From Candidatus Cloacimonadales bacterium (GTDB lineage: Bacteria > Cloacimonadota > Cloacimonadia > Cloacimonadales > JAIOQZ01), in assembly GCA_963674825.1 (NCBI GenBank), contig OY771587.1, positions 2,976,001 through 3,040,000 of the forward strand: 64,000 nucleotides of DNA, in the 5' to 3' direction. The position numbers and the translations under genes are program-made. The notes below the pieces were generated by a model. The model did not search any database, had not been told where the DNA came from, and saw only the letters and a list, made by a program, of their open reading frames with translations. This document shows, piece by piece, positions 39,879 to 50,563 of this stretch (the stretch's first letter is position 1; every line of letters begins with the position of its first letter).

Positions 39879-40976
39879 ATGCGTAAATCAATCCTTTTGG
39901 TTTTCATCGTTGCGCTCTGCTTCGGTTACCTTGTAGCTGGTAATTCTGAAGAAAAAGCCCAGTCCGATATAATTGCGATATTCAACGTAAATATCGACAG
40001 CCTTACAACCGCGGCGCAGACAGCATATTTAAGCAAAGATTTTGAAAGTTCGGTAGCGCTCTATCTGCAAGCGCTTCGATACGATATCAATAATAGTAGT
40101 TCGCTCTATAATCTCGCATGCTGCTATGGATTACTTGGTAACGATGCGATGGCCTCTTTCTTCCTGAAAAAGGCGTATCGCGCTGGCTTCACTGATCTGG
40201 AACATATCAACAGTGACATTGACTTTGACAAGGTGCGTGAAGGAGAACTGTTCAAGGCTGCGATGGATTCACTCACCGCTTGGGGTAAACCGAAAGAAGA
40301 CTTTCCCGGCGAAGAGCACTTCATCGAAAGCAAGGTCTATCTTAAATACAAAGTCTATCTGCCGGAAGGTTATTCGGCAGATAAAAAATACCCTATGATC
40401 ATCGGCCTTCATGGGTACGGTGGAGATTTGGAACGATTCGCACGCATCAATCAGCTATTGAAGGGCCGTGAGGTAATCTATGTCATACCAGAAGCTCCCT
40501 ACGCCTTCACGCCGGGTGGAATGCTTGGTTACAGCTGGTCGCTCTGGGGTATGACCGATGATGAAGCACTCGCGAATCAGTCTTTCGTGAACGTGATTGA
40601 CTGGGTCATGTCTGTTCGCAAAGAGGTCATGAGCAAGTATCCGGTAGATAAAGTCTATCTGATGGGCTTTTCACAGGGCGCAATGCTGACCTACCTCACC
40701 GGGATTTTCCATCCGAAGGAATTCGATGGTTTGATCTCAATGGGCGGTGACCTTTTTGAGGAAGTGATAGAAGGAAAAATCGACCAGGCGAAGGAACTTC
40801 CTATCTTCATTATCCACGGCAAGGAAGACAACGTTGTTGGATATGATTCTGCATTGAAGGCTGCGAAAATCTTCGAAGATCACGGAATTACCTATCAACT
40901 TGCATCGTTTGATGGGGGACACCGGCTGGATCGTGCTTCATTCTTCAAAGCATTGGAGTATTTCGGAATCAAATAA
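39879..40976 (+). CDS. Exported TPR plus alpha/beta-hydrolase (carboxylesterase-like) protein
   Basis: Signal peptide; YNLACCY TPR; LHGYG, GFSQG, HGKED, GGH. Confidence 0.85.
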   Translation: MRKSILLVFIVALCFGYLVAGNSEEKAQSDIIAIFNVNIDSLTTAAQTAYLSKDFESSVALYLQALRYDINNSSSLYNLACCYGLLGNDAMASFFLKKAYRAGFTDLEHINSDIDFDKVREGELFKAAMDSLTAWGKPKEDFPGEEHFIESKVYLKYKVYLPEGYSADKKYPMIIGLHGYGGDLERFARINQLLKGREVIYVIPEAPYAFTPGGMLGYSWSLWGMTDDEALANQSFVNVIDWVMSVRKEVMSKYPVDKVYLMGFSQGAMLTYLTGIFHPKEFDGLISMGGDLFEEVIEGKIDQAKELPIFIIHGKEDNVVGYDSALKAAKIFEDHGITYQLASFDGGHRLDRASFFKALEYFGIK

Positions 40977-40980
40977 AATC

Positions 40981-42162
40981 ATGGTAAATCCCAATTTCCA
41001 AGAGGTCAGTAAGTTGCTGCGGCGCAATCGCATGATGGATACATACTTCCTGATCAAATACACCTGTGCGCCGTACCGTGGCTGTCAACACGCCTGTATG
41101 TACTGTGATGGCAGGGCGGAGAAGTACTACGTCGAGGGTGATTTCGAGAGGGACATCGTTGTACGTACCAACTTCGCTGATCGTATCCGCATTGAGCTGC
41201 CGGGTCAAAAAGAGCGTGGTATCGTTTTCCTCAGCAGTGGTGTGACCGATCCCTATCAACCGATCGAGATGGAGCAAGGCCTTATGGCAAAGGCATCGGC
41301 AGTTCTTGCCGAGATGGATTTTCCTGTCGCGGTAATGACCAAGTCCAGCCTGGCAACGCGTGACTTGGAGAACTGGAAGCGCGTCAACGATCGCGGTGGC
41401 TTCATGCTGATGGTCTCTCTTACGACGCTGGACGACCGGGTGCGTCAGATCTTTGAACCGGGAGCATCCAGTGTGGGTGAACGGTTGGAGATGATCGCGC
41501 GTTTTAAGGAGGCTGGCTGCACGGTGGGGATTAGCGCAATGCCGTTCTTGCCCATGATCAGCGATACCGAAGAGAGCTTGAGCGCATTCTATAGCAAAAT
41601 GGGGGAGATGGGTGTCGATTATGTGATGTACGGGGGGCTGACTTTGCGTCCTGGCGTGCAGAAAGATTGCTTCATGCGAGTGATCAGGGAGCATTATCCT
41701 CACCTGGAACGCGAATATGAGCGTTTGTACCGCGCGAACAGGGCTTCAGGCAGCATGGAGTCGTCTTCTTCAGAAAAAGCGTATGAACGCTTCCTACGGC
41801 TCTCGAATTTACATGGAATCGTCACAATGATCCCGCACAGGCTCTATCGGAACTGGATGGCCCGTTACGATGAGGTTTACGTGCTGATTTCTCATATGAT
41901 CGAGCTGTATAGAAACAAAAACACCGATGTGCAACGCTTGAAAAAAGCATTTAAAAATTACATGCAGTGGCTTGACGAGGAAAAACGATATCTCTACCGC
42001 AAGCGTAAGGCGACATCTATGGAGTTGGAACGTAAGCTGATCTATTTGGTTGAAAGCGATGAGATGAGCCGCCTGCTGGGAAACAGGAAGCTTGCTGAAT
42101 TTATCAGGCAGGTTGTGTTGGAGAGACGGATCTTCGACTATCGCGAGTTGAAGCTTATATGA
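40981..42162 (+). CDS. Radical SAM protein (SplB/Rv2578c-like)
   Basis: PYRGCQHACMYC, TDPYQPIE, TKS, FEPGAS. Confidence 0.85.
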   Translation: MVNPNFQEVSKLLRRNRMMDTYFLIKYTCAPYRGCQHACMYCDGRAEKYYVEGDFERDIVVRTNFADRIRIELPGQKERGIVFLSSGVTDPYQPIEMEQGLMAKASAVLAEMDFPVAVMTKSSLATRDLENWKRVNDRGGFMLMVSLTTLDDRVRQIFEPGASSVGERLEMIARFKEAGCTVGISAMPFLPMISDTEESLSAFYSKMGEMGVDYVMYGGLTLRPGVQKDCFMRVIREHYPHLEREYERLYRANRASGSMESSSSEKAYERFLRLSNLHGIVTMIPHRLYRNWMARYDEVYVLISHMIELYRNKNTDVQRLKKAFKNYMQWLDEEKRYLYRKRKATSMELERKLIYLVESDEMSRLLGNRKLAEFIRQVVLERRIFDYRELKLI

Positions 42163-42202
42163 AGACTGGGGTATTACCTGAATTCGATATTGAGTAAAAA
42201 AG

Positions 42203-42233
42203 AAAAACGCGGAGCCTATCGGTTCCGCGTTTT
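42203..42233. terminator. Bidirectional terminator
   Basis: AAAACGCGGAGCC/GGTTCCGCGTTTT between convergent genes. Confidence 0.85.
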
Positions 42234-42249
42234 ATATTAGCTTTATGCC

Positions 42250-43503
42250 TTACTTCATACCGTGGCTGATAGCCAGACCGAGGTTGAAGATCGGCAGGTA
42301 GATGACCACGATGATCGATCCCACGACCGCAGCCATGATGATGATCAGGATGGGTTCGATAAGTGAGGTCAGACGGTCGATAACCGCATCTACAAGTTTT
42401 TCGTAGAATTCAGCGGCTTTCATGAGCAGTCTGTCCATATCACCGGTTTCTTCACCAGTAGCTGTCAGCTGAACAAGCGTAGGCGGGAATACTCTGGTTT
42501 TACGGAAGGCGTTCGCTACGCTATAACCTTCTTTAACCATGACACGTGCCTTACGTACCGCATTTTCGACAACTGCATTCTGGACCACGTTTTCCACCAG
42601 TTCCATCGTATCCATGATCGGCACACCGGCCGCCATTAGAATACTGAAGGTACGAGCGAATTTACTCATGATCGATTGCTGAATCAGCTTGCCGAGAACG
42701 GGTATTTTCAGCTTGATCGCATCGATGATGAATCGACCGCGATCTGTAAGATATACCAGGAAGAACGCAAGACAGAACAGGAACAGCATGATCAGAGTAA
42801 GCGCGATATTAGATCGTATGAAATCGCTTATTGAGATAGCAACGAGTGTCGGAGCCGGAAGATCGGCTTTGAAACGTGCATACACATCAGCGAATTTCGG
42901 GATAATGTAATAGAACAAACCCCATACCACGAAAGCGAGGAATATAATGATGAATACGGGGTAGGTCATAGCGCTATACACTTTTCTGCGTGTATCTTCT
43001 ATCTTTTCGAGGTATTCCGCCAGCTCATCGAGAACTGTGTGCAGCGTACCGGAAACCTCACCAGCCTTCACCAGCGAGACATACAACGGATTGAACACAC
43101 CGGGGTGCTGCTCCATTGCTTCCGACATACTGAAACCTTTCTTGATGTCGTCTGTAAGTTTGCGAAGAACTCTGCGGAACTTCTTGTTCTTCTCTTCTTT
43201 TTCAAGATCACCCAAGGCTTTTTCGATGGTCAAACCGGCTGAAAACATGGTTGAGAGCTGCCGAGTGAAGAAAACCAGAACCTTCAGCGAGACGCCGGTT
43301 TTCCACTTGTAGAACGTCAGCATCAGTTTGTCGAACAGGGAAAGCTTGCCTGAGAAAGCGCCTTCAGAAGCGCTCTTCACAGCGATAATCGTACCGCCTT
43401 CCTTATTCAACTTATCGATTGCTTCGTCCAGAGATGCAGCTTTGACCCTGCCTTCCAGTCGGGCACCTTTCGCATCCTTGATGATGTACGAAAATGTTGC
43501 CAT
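42250..43503 (-). CDS. pilC: Type IV pilus platform protein PilC
   Basis: FTRQLSTM, AGEVSGTL, YP, GEETG, LIEP, YLPIF. Confidence 0.93.
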   Translation of the reverse strand: MATFSYIIKDAKGARLEGRVKAASLDEAIDKLNKEGGTIIAVKSASEGAFSGKLSLFDKLMLTFYKWKTGVSLKVLVFFTRQLSTMFSAGLTIEKALGDLEKEEKNKKFRRVLRKLTDDIKKGFSMSEAMEQHPGVFNPLYVSLVKAGEVSGTLHTVLDELAEYLEKIEDTRRKVYSAMTYPVFIIIFLAFVVWGLFYYIIPKFADVYARFKADLPAPTLVAISISDFIRSNIALTLIMLFLFCLAFFLVYLTDRGRFIIDAIKLKIPVLGKLIQQSIMSKFARTFSILMAAGVPIMDTMELVENVVQNAVVENAVRKARVMVKEGYSVANAFRKTRVFPPTLVQLTATGEETGDMDRLLMKAAEFYEKLVDAVIDRLTSLIEPILIIIMAAVVGSIIVVIYLPIFNLGLAISHGMK

Positions 43504-43528
43504 AAATCAATCCTTTTGACCGCGATGT

Positions 43529-45238
43529 TTATGCATCTGAGAAGGTCAGTTTGATAACCTCGCGGATCGAGGTTATACCACGCGCCATTTTTGAGATTGC
43601 GCTGTCATGCAGTGATTGCATACCGTTTTCCAGAGCCATGTTTCTGATCATATCCTGGTTGGAACCATCGAAGATCAGCTGGCGGATGTTGGGCTTGACT
43701 TCGAGGAGCTCGAAGATACCTGTACGGCCGGCATAACCTGTATTGTCACAGTGAACGCAACCTGCTCCGTGCTTGAACTTCATATTCACGGCATCTTTCT
43801 TATCGATACCAGCTTCAACGAGCTCTTCATCCGTAGGAGTATAATCTGTCTTGCAATGAGGGCAGATTTTACGAAGAAGACGCTGCGCCATAACCAGGTT
43901 GAGCGAGGAGCCCACCAGATAGCTGGGGACACCGATGTCGATCAAACGTGTAACGGTTGATGGTGCGTCATTCGCGTGAAGCGTCGAGAACACGAGGTGA
44001 CCGGTTAGCGAGAATTTGATCGCGATATCAGCGGTTTCCTCGTCACGAATCTCACCAATGAGCACGATATCCGGGTCCTGACGAAGAACCGAACGAAGAG
44101 CGGATGCGAATGTAAGTCCGATCTTTTCGTAGGCTTCGATCTGGGTAATACCGTCCAAGCGATATTCGACGGGGTCTTCCACGGTAACGATGTTGTTCTC
44201 GATATTCTGGATCTCTTTCAGCGCGGCGTGCAGCGTGGTTGATTTACCGCTACCGGTAGGACCGGAAACGATGATGATACCATACGGTCTGTGGATCCAT
44301 TTACGGAACACGGTAAAGTGCTCTTCGTCGAAACCGAGGGTGGTCAGCTTGAAGCCGAAATCACCCTTGTCGAGAAGACGCATAACGACTTTCTCGCCGG
44401 TAACAGTTGGTGTAATGGATACACGAACGTCCACGCTTTTCACCGAGGTCTTGAGCGAGATATGACCGTCCTGAGGCAGACGGCGCTCAGCGATGTTGAG
44501 CTTGGACATAACCTTTGTAAGCGAGATGAGACCAGCGTGCATTCCGATAGGTGGATTCATCACTTCGCGAAGAGCGCCGTCGATACGGAACCGGACGCGA
44601 GTGTGTTTAGTCAGTGGTTCGATGTGAATGTCGGTCGTGTTAGACTTGATAGCCTCGGTGATAATGAGGTTCATAAGCTTCACAACCGGGGCATCTGCAT
44701 CGTCTGATTTCTCGATGTTGATTTCGTTTTCTTCGTCATCAACAGCGACAAAGTCGAAGTTACCGACAGCATCTTCCACCTGAGAGGTTGTACGAATACT
44801 CTTATAATAACGTTCCAGCGTGTCCGAAAGGAGTGTCTCGGTAATCAGGATAGGTTTGACCGCTTTGTGCAGCAGCTTTTGCAGACCGTCCTGGATAACG
44901 ATGTTGTCAGGGTCGGTCATTGCGACAACGACACCGTCCACGTCATCCCGAATGGCAAGCACGCGGTTTTCGATCGCGAAAGGCTCAGGGATCATTCTAA
45001 CGACGGACTGTTCAAGCTCGAGCAGTTCTTGTTCGTCAATGATCGGGATTTCCAGCTGCTTGTGAAGTGCGACCAGAAGATCCTTTTCGCCGAGGTGACC
45101 AAGTTTGATCAGCGTTTCGCCAAGCTTCAGATTGAAGTTGTTCTGCTTGATGAGCGCTTCTTTAACGTGGTCTTCCGTTACGAATCCTTCCTTGACCAGA
45201 ATTTCTCCGATTCGGGCGAATTGAGGATTATACGACAT
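43529..45238 (-). CDS. pilB: Type IV pilus extension ATPase PilB with MshEN N-terminus
   Basis: SGPTGSGKSTT, EDPVE, LRQDPD, GEIRD, STLH, tetracysteine CPHC/CVHC. Confidence 0.93.
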   Translation of the reverse strand: MSYNPQFARIGEILVKEGFVTEDHVKEALIKQNNFNLKLGETLIKLGHLGEKDLLVALHKQLEIPIIDEQELLELEQSVVRMIPEPFAIENRVLAIRDDVDGVVVAMTDPDNIVIQDGLQKLLHKAVKPILITETLLSDTLERYYKSIRTTSQVEDAVGNFDFVAVDDEENEINIEKSDDADAPVVKLMNLIITEAIKSNTTDIHIEPLTKHTRVRFRIDGALREVMNPPIGMHAGLISLTKVMSKLNIAERRLPQDGHISLKTSVKSVDVRVSITPTVTGEKVVMRLLDKGDFGFKLTTLGFDEEHFTVFRKWIHRPYGIIIVSGPTGSGKSTTLHAALKEIQNIENNIVTVEDPVEYRLDGITQIEAYEKIGLTFASALRSVLRQDPDIVLIGEIRDEETADIAIKFSLTGHLVFSTLHANDAPSTVTRLIDIGVPSYLVGSSLNLVMAQRLLRKICPHCKTDYTPTDEELVEAGIDKKDAVNMKFKHGAGCVHCDNTGYAGRTGIFELLEVKPNIRQLIFDGSNQDMIRNMALENGMQSLHDSAISKMARGITSIREVIKLTFSDA

Positions 45239-45306
45239 TTATTCTCCTTGTAGAAATTATGAATACGGAAGGGAGAACAATGTCTCCCCTCCGGAATATT
45301 ACTGAA

Positions 45307-47991
45307 CTACTCAGCGGGGCGGTAATTCAGAATAATGATCGTTGTCTGGTCCGTAACTTCGGTTCCGACAATCGTACCAGTGATGTCAACGGGAACCTCG
45401 TTTGGCGGAGGAGTCACGCGCGGACATTCATATTCGTGGAACAGGATTCTGGCGATTGCGACACCAGCTTCGTTTGTCTGAACGACGTCGTAGTCTTCAC
45501 CAGGAACCTGGTATTCATCATCAGGTGCAATGAAGTCACCACGAATCGAATACAGTGTGATTTTTGCACCGTGAATCGGGCTACCCTGACCATCAGTAAC
45601 AGAGATGTTAACTTCACCAGTAACCGTAGTGTAGGTGGTATCTTCGATGAAGTCGATATGCCCCGGAATCGGGATCATTTCAAGCTGCGGTGAGTTGAGC
45701 GGCAGCTTGAAGTTAACGACATCAGAGAGGTCGCCACATTCGATTCTGATCGGCAGTTCTTCGAAGGTATGGCTACCGTCGTAGATAACTGTGGAGAATG
45801 CAACACCTTGGAGGGAGTCACCTTCTTCGTTCAAGTTACCAACGTAAGCTTCCGCGATAACGGTAGCCCATTCGATGGTATCGTCGTCGATGGAGAACCA
45901 GACGGCTGTACCGTAGTCAACCGGGTTACCCCATTCGTCGGTGATGATAGCGCTGATACCTACTGACCAAAGACCGCTACCAACGTTTGTACCGGTATCG
46001 TATTCACCGATACCACCGTCGATGTGGTAAGGAGGACCAGCGTGGATAACGATATTCGAACGTGTCGCGCTGACTTCCTGGTTGTTATCGTTGATTGTAT
46101 AAGCCTTGATCCAAACAACACCAGCTTCTGTACCGCTGTTGACAGAGACGATTGCCGATCCATTGACAGAGGTCACGATCAGTTCGTCGTTCGGTGAATA
46201 GACCTGGTTGTTGAAGTTACAGCCCTCAGGTGGAGCAGCCATAAACTTGAAGTGTACGTCCTTGTTCTCGAGAATGGGGTTTCCACTCATGTCCCAGAGC
46301 TTTACGGTAAGTTCGTATGTGGACATACCACCCGTACCGATAATACTCATGTCGACCTGTCCCGGGAAGGCATAGGTCATCTGGCTGACGTCGTCAGAAA
46401 TGACGTTCACGACAGTTGAACCGGTAGCGGAGTCGGCGACGGCAGTGATTTCTGCGAGGCCAGCTTCAAGACCGGAAGAGAAGGACGCGGTTGCGATACC
46501 TTCGGTATTGGTGAAGTTCGGGGATGTTATCGAGCCAATTGATGATTCGAAGGTTACCGCTTTGCCGGAAAGGACAGCGTTACCGTAACGATCTGTTACT
46601 GCAGCCTTTACCCATATTTCTTCACTGCTGTTGACTTGGATTGTATCTTCCTCGGTAGTCATGGTGAGGTATGTCGGGCTACCGGGTTTTACGCTGAATG
46701 TCTGAGAATCAGCTACTTCGCCGATGAATGCTGTGACTGTGTTCTCGCCACTGATTTCGCCAGCGTTGAAGTAAACGGTACCTGTACCGTTGGAAGTTCC
46801 TACGGTATAGCGCTTGCCATTCGATGCACCGGAATCTGTTCCGTCCTGGAAGTAACCATTGACGGTGGTGAAGGTCATGAGGGTTCCGTCTTCGACGAAC
46901 TCGTCATACTCGTTCAGAGCGGTAGCGCTGACGGTACGAACCTGGTCGATACCAATGTTCGATACGAAAGAGCTGTCCATCACAACGGAAGATACGAGCG
47001 GTTCGGGAAGAACTTCAACCTGGACCTGCATGGAAGCGGTACCAACGATCGCTTCGATGGTTGCAGTACCGACATCACCCTGATCCCAGAATGTGGTCTC
47101 AGCAACACCGGAGCTATCTGTAGTTACGGTTGAGATAAGGTTACCGACAGAATTGCCCTGATTGTCGGGGACTATGCGGAAACGAACGGTTTCACCTGCG
47201 ACTGCGAAGTTATCTTCGTCGCGAACGACAGCAGTAAGTGTCGAATAGGTAAGATTATTGTCCGCATAGATAGTAGGAGGATTCGCGTTGAGGCTGACAA
47301 TCGAGTAGCTCGGAGGCGTTTCGATTGCAACAACCAGAGTAGCGCGAGAAGTGCCGATGCTAGCAACGATGGTTGCATCACCGGTTTCGCCGGTATCATG
47401 AAGCTCGACTACAGCAACGCCATTGGTGCCACTGATAGCTGAAGCAGTAATGTCTCCGAGATTGGTGTTGAATGTTACAGTTTCTTCGGGAAGAAGATTA
47501 CCTTCACTGTCGCGAACGGTGGCGCGGATTTCAGCATAGGTGGTTGCGTCGCTGTCTGCGTAGATCGAAGTCGGATTAGAGGTTATCTTGGAGATATATT
47601 TCTCCGGAGCTTCTTTAATCGTCATGCTGATCGTTTTTGCAGAGTTTGCGATCTTGGCAGCGATGACAACGGGGCCAGTCATGCCGAGATCGTGGAATTC
47701 AGATGTTGCGATACCAGATGCATCGGTTACAACAGCTTTAGTAATCTGACCGATGTTGCTGGTAAACGTGACAGTCTGGTCGGTAACCGGAACATTGTCG
47801 TTATCTTTGACAACAGCTGTAATGGTTGCGAACGTTTCCGTATTTCCATCAGCGTATATAGTATCAATATCCGTTCCAAGGTACGAGATGTAGTAGTCCG
47901 GAACTTCTACGCTTCGGTTATCACAACCTGAGAAGACCAGGGTCAGTCCTATTACAGCAATCAGTAGGATATACGGTAAGGATTTTCTCAT
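45307..47991 (-). CDS. Lipoprotein with tandem invasin/intimin-type Ig-like (Big_1) domains
   Basis: Lipobox VFSGC; repeated IYAD...ATVxD..G....V.F....G.I....T...G.A units. Confidence 0.8.
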   Translation of the reverse strand: MRKSLPYILLIAVIGLTLVFSGCDNRSVEVPDYYISYLGTDIDTIYADGNTETFATITAVVKDNDNVPVTDQTVTFTSNIGQITKAVVTDASGIATSEFHDLGMTGPVVIAAKIANSAKTISMTIKEAPEKYISKITSNPTSIYADSDATTYAEIRATVRDSEGNLLPEETVTFNTNLGDITASAISGTNGVAVVELHDTGETGDATIVASIGTSRATLVVAIETPPSYSIVSLNANPPTIYADNNLTYSTLTAVVRDEDNFAVAGETVRFRIVPDNQGNSVGNLISTVTTDSSGVAETTFWDQGDVGTATIEAIVGTASMQVQVEVLPEPLVSSVVMDSSFVSNIGIDQVRTVSATALNEYDEFVEDGTLMTFTTVNGYFQDGTDSGASNGKRYTVGTSNGTGTVYFNAGEISGENTVTAFIGEVADSQTFSVKPGSPTYLTMTTEEDTIQVNSSEEIWVKAAVTDRYGNAVLSGKAVTFESSIGSITSPNFTNTEGIATASFSSGLEAGLAEITAVADSATGSTVVNVISDDVSQMTYAFPGQVDMSIIGTGGMSTYELTVKLWDMSGNPILENKDVHFKFMAAPPEGCNFNNQVYSPNDELIVTSVNGSAIVSVNSGTEAGVVWIKAYTINDNNQEVSATRSNIVIHAGPPYHIDGGIGEYDTGTNVGSGLWSVGISAIITDEWGNPVDYGTAVWFSIDDDTIEWATVIAEAYVGNLNEEGDSLQGVAFSTVIYDGSHTFEELPIRIECGDLSDVVNFKLPLNSPQLEMIPIPGHIDFIEDTTYTTVTGEVNISVTDGQGSPIHGAKITLYSIRGDFIAPDDEYQVPGEDYDVVQTNEAGVAIARILFHEYECPRVTPPPNEVPVDITGTIVGTEVTDQTTIIILNYRPAE

Positions 47992-48000
47992 AAATTCCCC

Positions 48001-49401
48001 CTACTCTTCTTCAGAAGCGGTTTTGGTCTTAATCAGCTTCTGATTGAGTCTTTCATCAACTTCAAACTCAACTTGCTCACTCTGAAGGTCAACAATACGA
48101 GGTGTGATTTCGATGATGAGGTCGGTTGTCTTGAGCTCTTGAACAGTGTGCTGGAAAAGCTTGCCGATGAAGGGCAGGTCGCCCAGGAACGGAAGCTTGT
48201 CAACAGTGTTGGAGAGTGTTGAAGAGAGCAGACCGCCAACGATGATTTTGCTACCATCAGGAACGGTAACGGTTGAATTAACCTGTCTGGTTTTCTTACG
48301 AGGAAGACGTCCGTCAACCAGCTCGATGATAGAGCTGACTTCGGGAGAAATAGAAGTTGTAATCAGGCCGTCGCGGTTCACTTTAGGCTGAACCGACAGC
48401 TTGATACCGATTTCTTCTTCTTCAGTCTGATATTCGCCTTCGCGATCGACTGCTACGTATTTCACGATCTCACCGATAAGGATGTCAGCTTCTTCGCCGT
48501 TGAGGGCGGTGACGCGAGTATCGGTGAGCAGCTTGGCTGCGTTGTTTTCCAGAAGGAAGTCAAGGGTAATGTCGAAAGCTGTAAGCTGGCGACTAAAGTG
48601 GAATTGATCATCCCAGTTATCCATTTTGATAAAGTACTGCTGATCAGGCAGAACTTCGAAGTCGGTGGGGTCACCGTAAATCGTAGCGCCGGTATCGTCG
48701 CTGTAGTTGTAGGGAAGACCTACACCGTCAGCTGAGACCGGGTTTTCGGCCATGATCAGTGTGAAGTGGTTCAGGTTTGACCAATCGATACCGTATTGCT
48801 TGGTATCGGTAAGGGAGATTTCAATGATTCTTGCGCGGATTTCGATCTGCTTCTGTGGAACGTCCAGTTCAGCGATTCTGGAAGCGATTTCGGAATAGGT
48901 TTCCGGGTTTGCGCGAATCAGAAGGGCGTTCTGGCCTTCGATACCGGAAACTTCGCCGGGCATCATTTCGAGGGCGCGGATCAGCTTTTCCACATCAACA
49001 TAGTTAACGGGAATTACATAACTTCTTTCACCAACTTCCTCCTCAATCTTGGCCTTTTCGCCAACGAGGAAGGTGTTTTCTCCGATCAAACGGTAGGAGA
49101 GTCCAACTGTTTTTACAACTAGCGCCAGTGCCTGCTCGATCGGCACGTCGTTCAGGTGGATCGTAATCCGTTGATCTTCCTGATCATCTTTGCCGCCGAG
49201 AGCATCGAGCGAAAGGACGATGTTGCAGTCACTCAAACGTGCCATGGTTGATAACGTGTGTCCGATAGAACCATCTTCCACGTTGAGAGAAATTTTCCTG
49301 TTCAGCAGGTCATCTTGCGTGATCGCAAAAGAGCTGACTATGCCGAACATCAGGATTGCGACAAGCAAAACCCATTTTGCAGAATACTTTGACCTTTGCA
49401 T
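48001..49401 (-). CDS. pilQ: Secretin PilQ (short form, no AMIN domains)
   Basis: LDVPQKQIEIRARIIE, GIDW, GIKLSVQP, IVGGL, LPFLGDLPFIGKLF, ITPRI. Confidence 0.9.
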   Translation of the reverse strand: MQRSKYSAKWVLLVAILMFGIVSSFAITQDDLLNRKISLNVEDGSIGHTLSTMARLSDCNIVLSLDALGGKDDQEDQRITIHLNDVPIEQALALVVKTVGLSYRLIGENTFLVGEKAKIEEEVGERSYVIPVNYVDVEKLIRALEMMPGEVSGIEGQNALLIRANPETYSEIASRIAELDVPQKQIEIRARIIEISLTDTKQYGIDWSNLNHFTLIMAENPVSADGVGLPYNYSDDTGATIYGDPTDFEVLPDQQYFIKMDNWDDQFHFSRQLTAFDITLDFLLENNAAKLLTDTRVTALNGEEADILIGEIVKYVAVDREGEYQTEEEEIGIKLSVQPKVNRDGLITTSISPEVSSIIELVDGRLPRKKTRQVNSTVTVPDGSKIIVGGLLSSTLSNTVDKLPFLGDLPFIGKLFQHTVQELKTTDLIIEITPRIVDLQSEQVEFEVDERLNQKLIKTKTASEEE

Positions 49402-49436
49402 AGATACTCCTTTAATTCTATATTTCTTCATTTTTT

Positions 49437-49973
49437 CTACCATTCCTGTTCCGTTACAATCTCATCTTTGATCAAGGCTTTCGGTTTTTCCGGTATCGGT
49501 GAGAGCTCGAGCGTGTGCTGTTGTCCACCGCGTTCATAAAGAATCTTACCCTTCTGGATATCGACAATCTTGCGTCCTTCAAACAGGTCACCTACACGGT
49601 AGTCGTTGCGGACGCCCTGATACTCGATGGTCGCGATCTTTTCGTTATCGACCAGATAGGTTCCGGTCAGACGAATCGTTGCTTCCACTTCTTTCTTCCA
49701 CTGTTTTTCGATGTCGATGATTGTTTTCACAATCAGGTTCTGTTCCAGCGGATCCTTTACGACGGTAAATGCGAAATCCTTACGATCCTGGATGGATTGC
49801 TCGATGTCTTCTATTTCCTTTTTCAGATCGGAGCTGATACCTTTGTTGCGATCTGGCTCATCCGGAAACTCGAGAGACTGGTTATACAGGAAGTAACCCC
49901 GTATGCCGAAAGCAATCATCATCAAAAAGATCAGGGCGATGGTGAAATCTTTAATGTATCTGCCTTCCATCAC
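49437..49973 (-). CDS. PilP-like protein
   Basis: Lies between pilO and pilQ; DP motif; LTG...A.I...YRVGD. Confidence 0.6.
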   Translation of the reverse strand: MMEGRYIKDFTIALIFLMMIAFGIRGYFLYNQSLEFPDEPDRNKGISSDLKKEIEDIEQSIQDRKDFAFTVVKDPLEQNLIVKTIIDIEKQWKKEVEATIRLTGTYLVDNEKIATIEYQGVRNDYRVGDLFEGRKIVDIQKGKILYERGGQQHTLELSPIPEKPKALIKDEIVTEQEW

Positions 49974-50563
49974 GCCTCCTTCCTGATTTTGAACGTACTC
50001 AAATCGAGTGTTACGATATAGCGGGTCACGTCATTTTCTTCATCCGACGGTCCTTCGAGCTCGGCTTTGAGGCGCTTTGCCTTTTCGTCGATGCGTTTGG
50101 GCTTTACGTCGATCATGTTGATCTTGATGATGCGATCCGATTTTTCGAGATTGGTAATGTATTTTCCAAGCTGAACGTAGGTGCAGTCCAGGGTGATTGT
50201 GTACTGGTGCTGCATGATCTCGTTCGGAGAATACACTTCTTTCGGCGTCAGGGATTGAATCGGAATCTCCAATGAATCTGCATAGGCTGCAAGTTTCTTG
50301 GCAAATGTGTTGATCTCGTCGGAATTGAATTCCATCACATCGTTTTCTACCATCACATTTCTGATAACCCGTGATACGCCACTGAGTTCTTTATTAAGCA
50401 CTTCTGCACTGTTAAGCTGTTCTTGCGCTTTGACAATCTTCTTGTCGAGCTTTGTTATTTCCTTGGCTTTGCCATTGTACATCAAGCTCGCATAGTAGAA
50501 GAAAAACACGGTCGAAGCAGCAATCAAGAATAACAGTAACAGATATCTTTCTTTCATCTTCAT
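49970..50563 (-). CDS. pilO: Type IV pilus alignment protein PilO
   Basis: TM plus coiled coil; CTYVQLGKYI..LE...RII; synteny. Confidence 0.75.
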   Translation of the reverse strand: MKMKERYLLLLFLIAASTVFFFYYASLMYNGKAKEITKLDKKIVKAQEQLNSAEVLNKELSGVSRVIRNVMVENDVMEFNSDEINTFAKKLAAYADSLEIPIQSLTPKEVYSPNEIMQHQYTITLDCTYVQLGKYITNLEKSDRIIKINMIDVKPKRIDEKAKRLKAELEGPSDEENDVTRYIVTLDLSTFKIRKEA

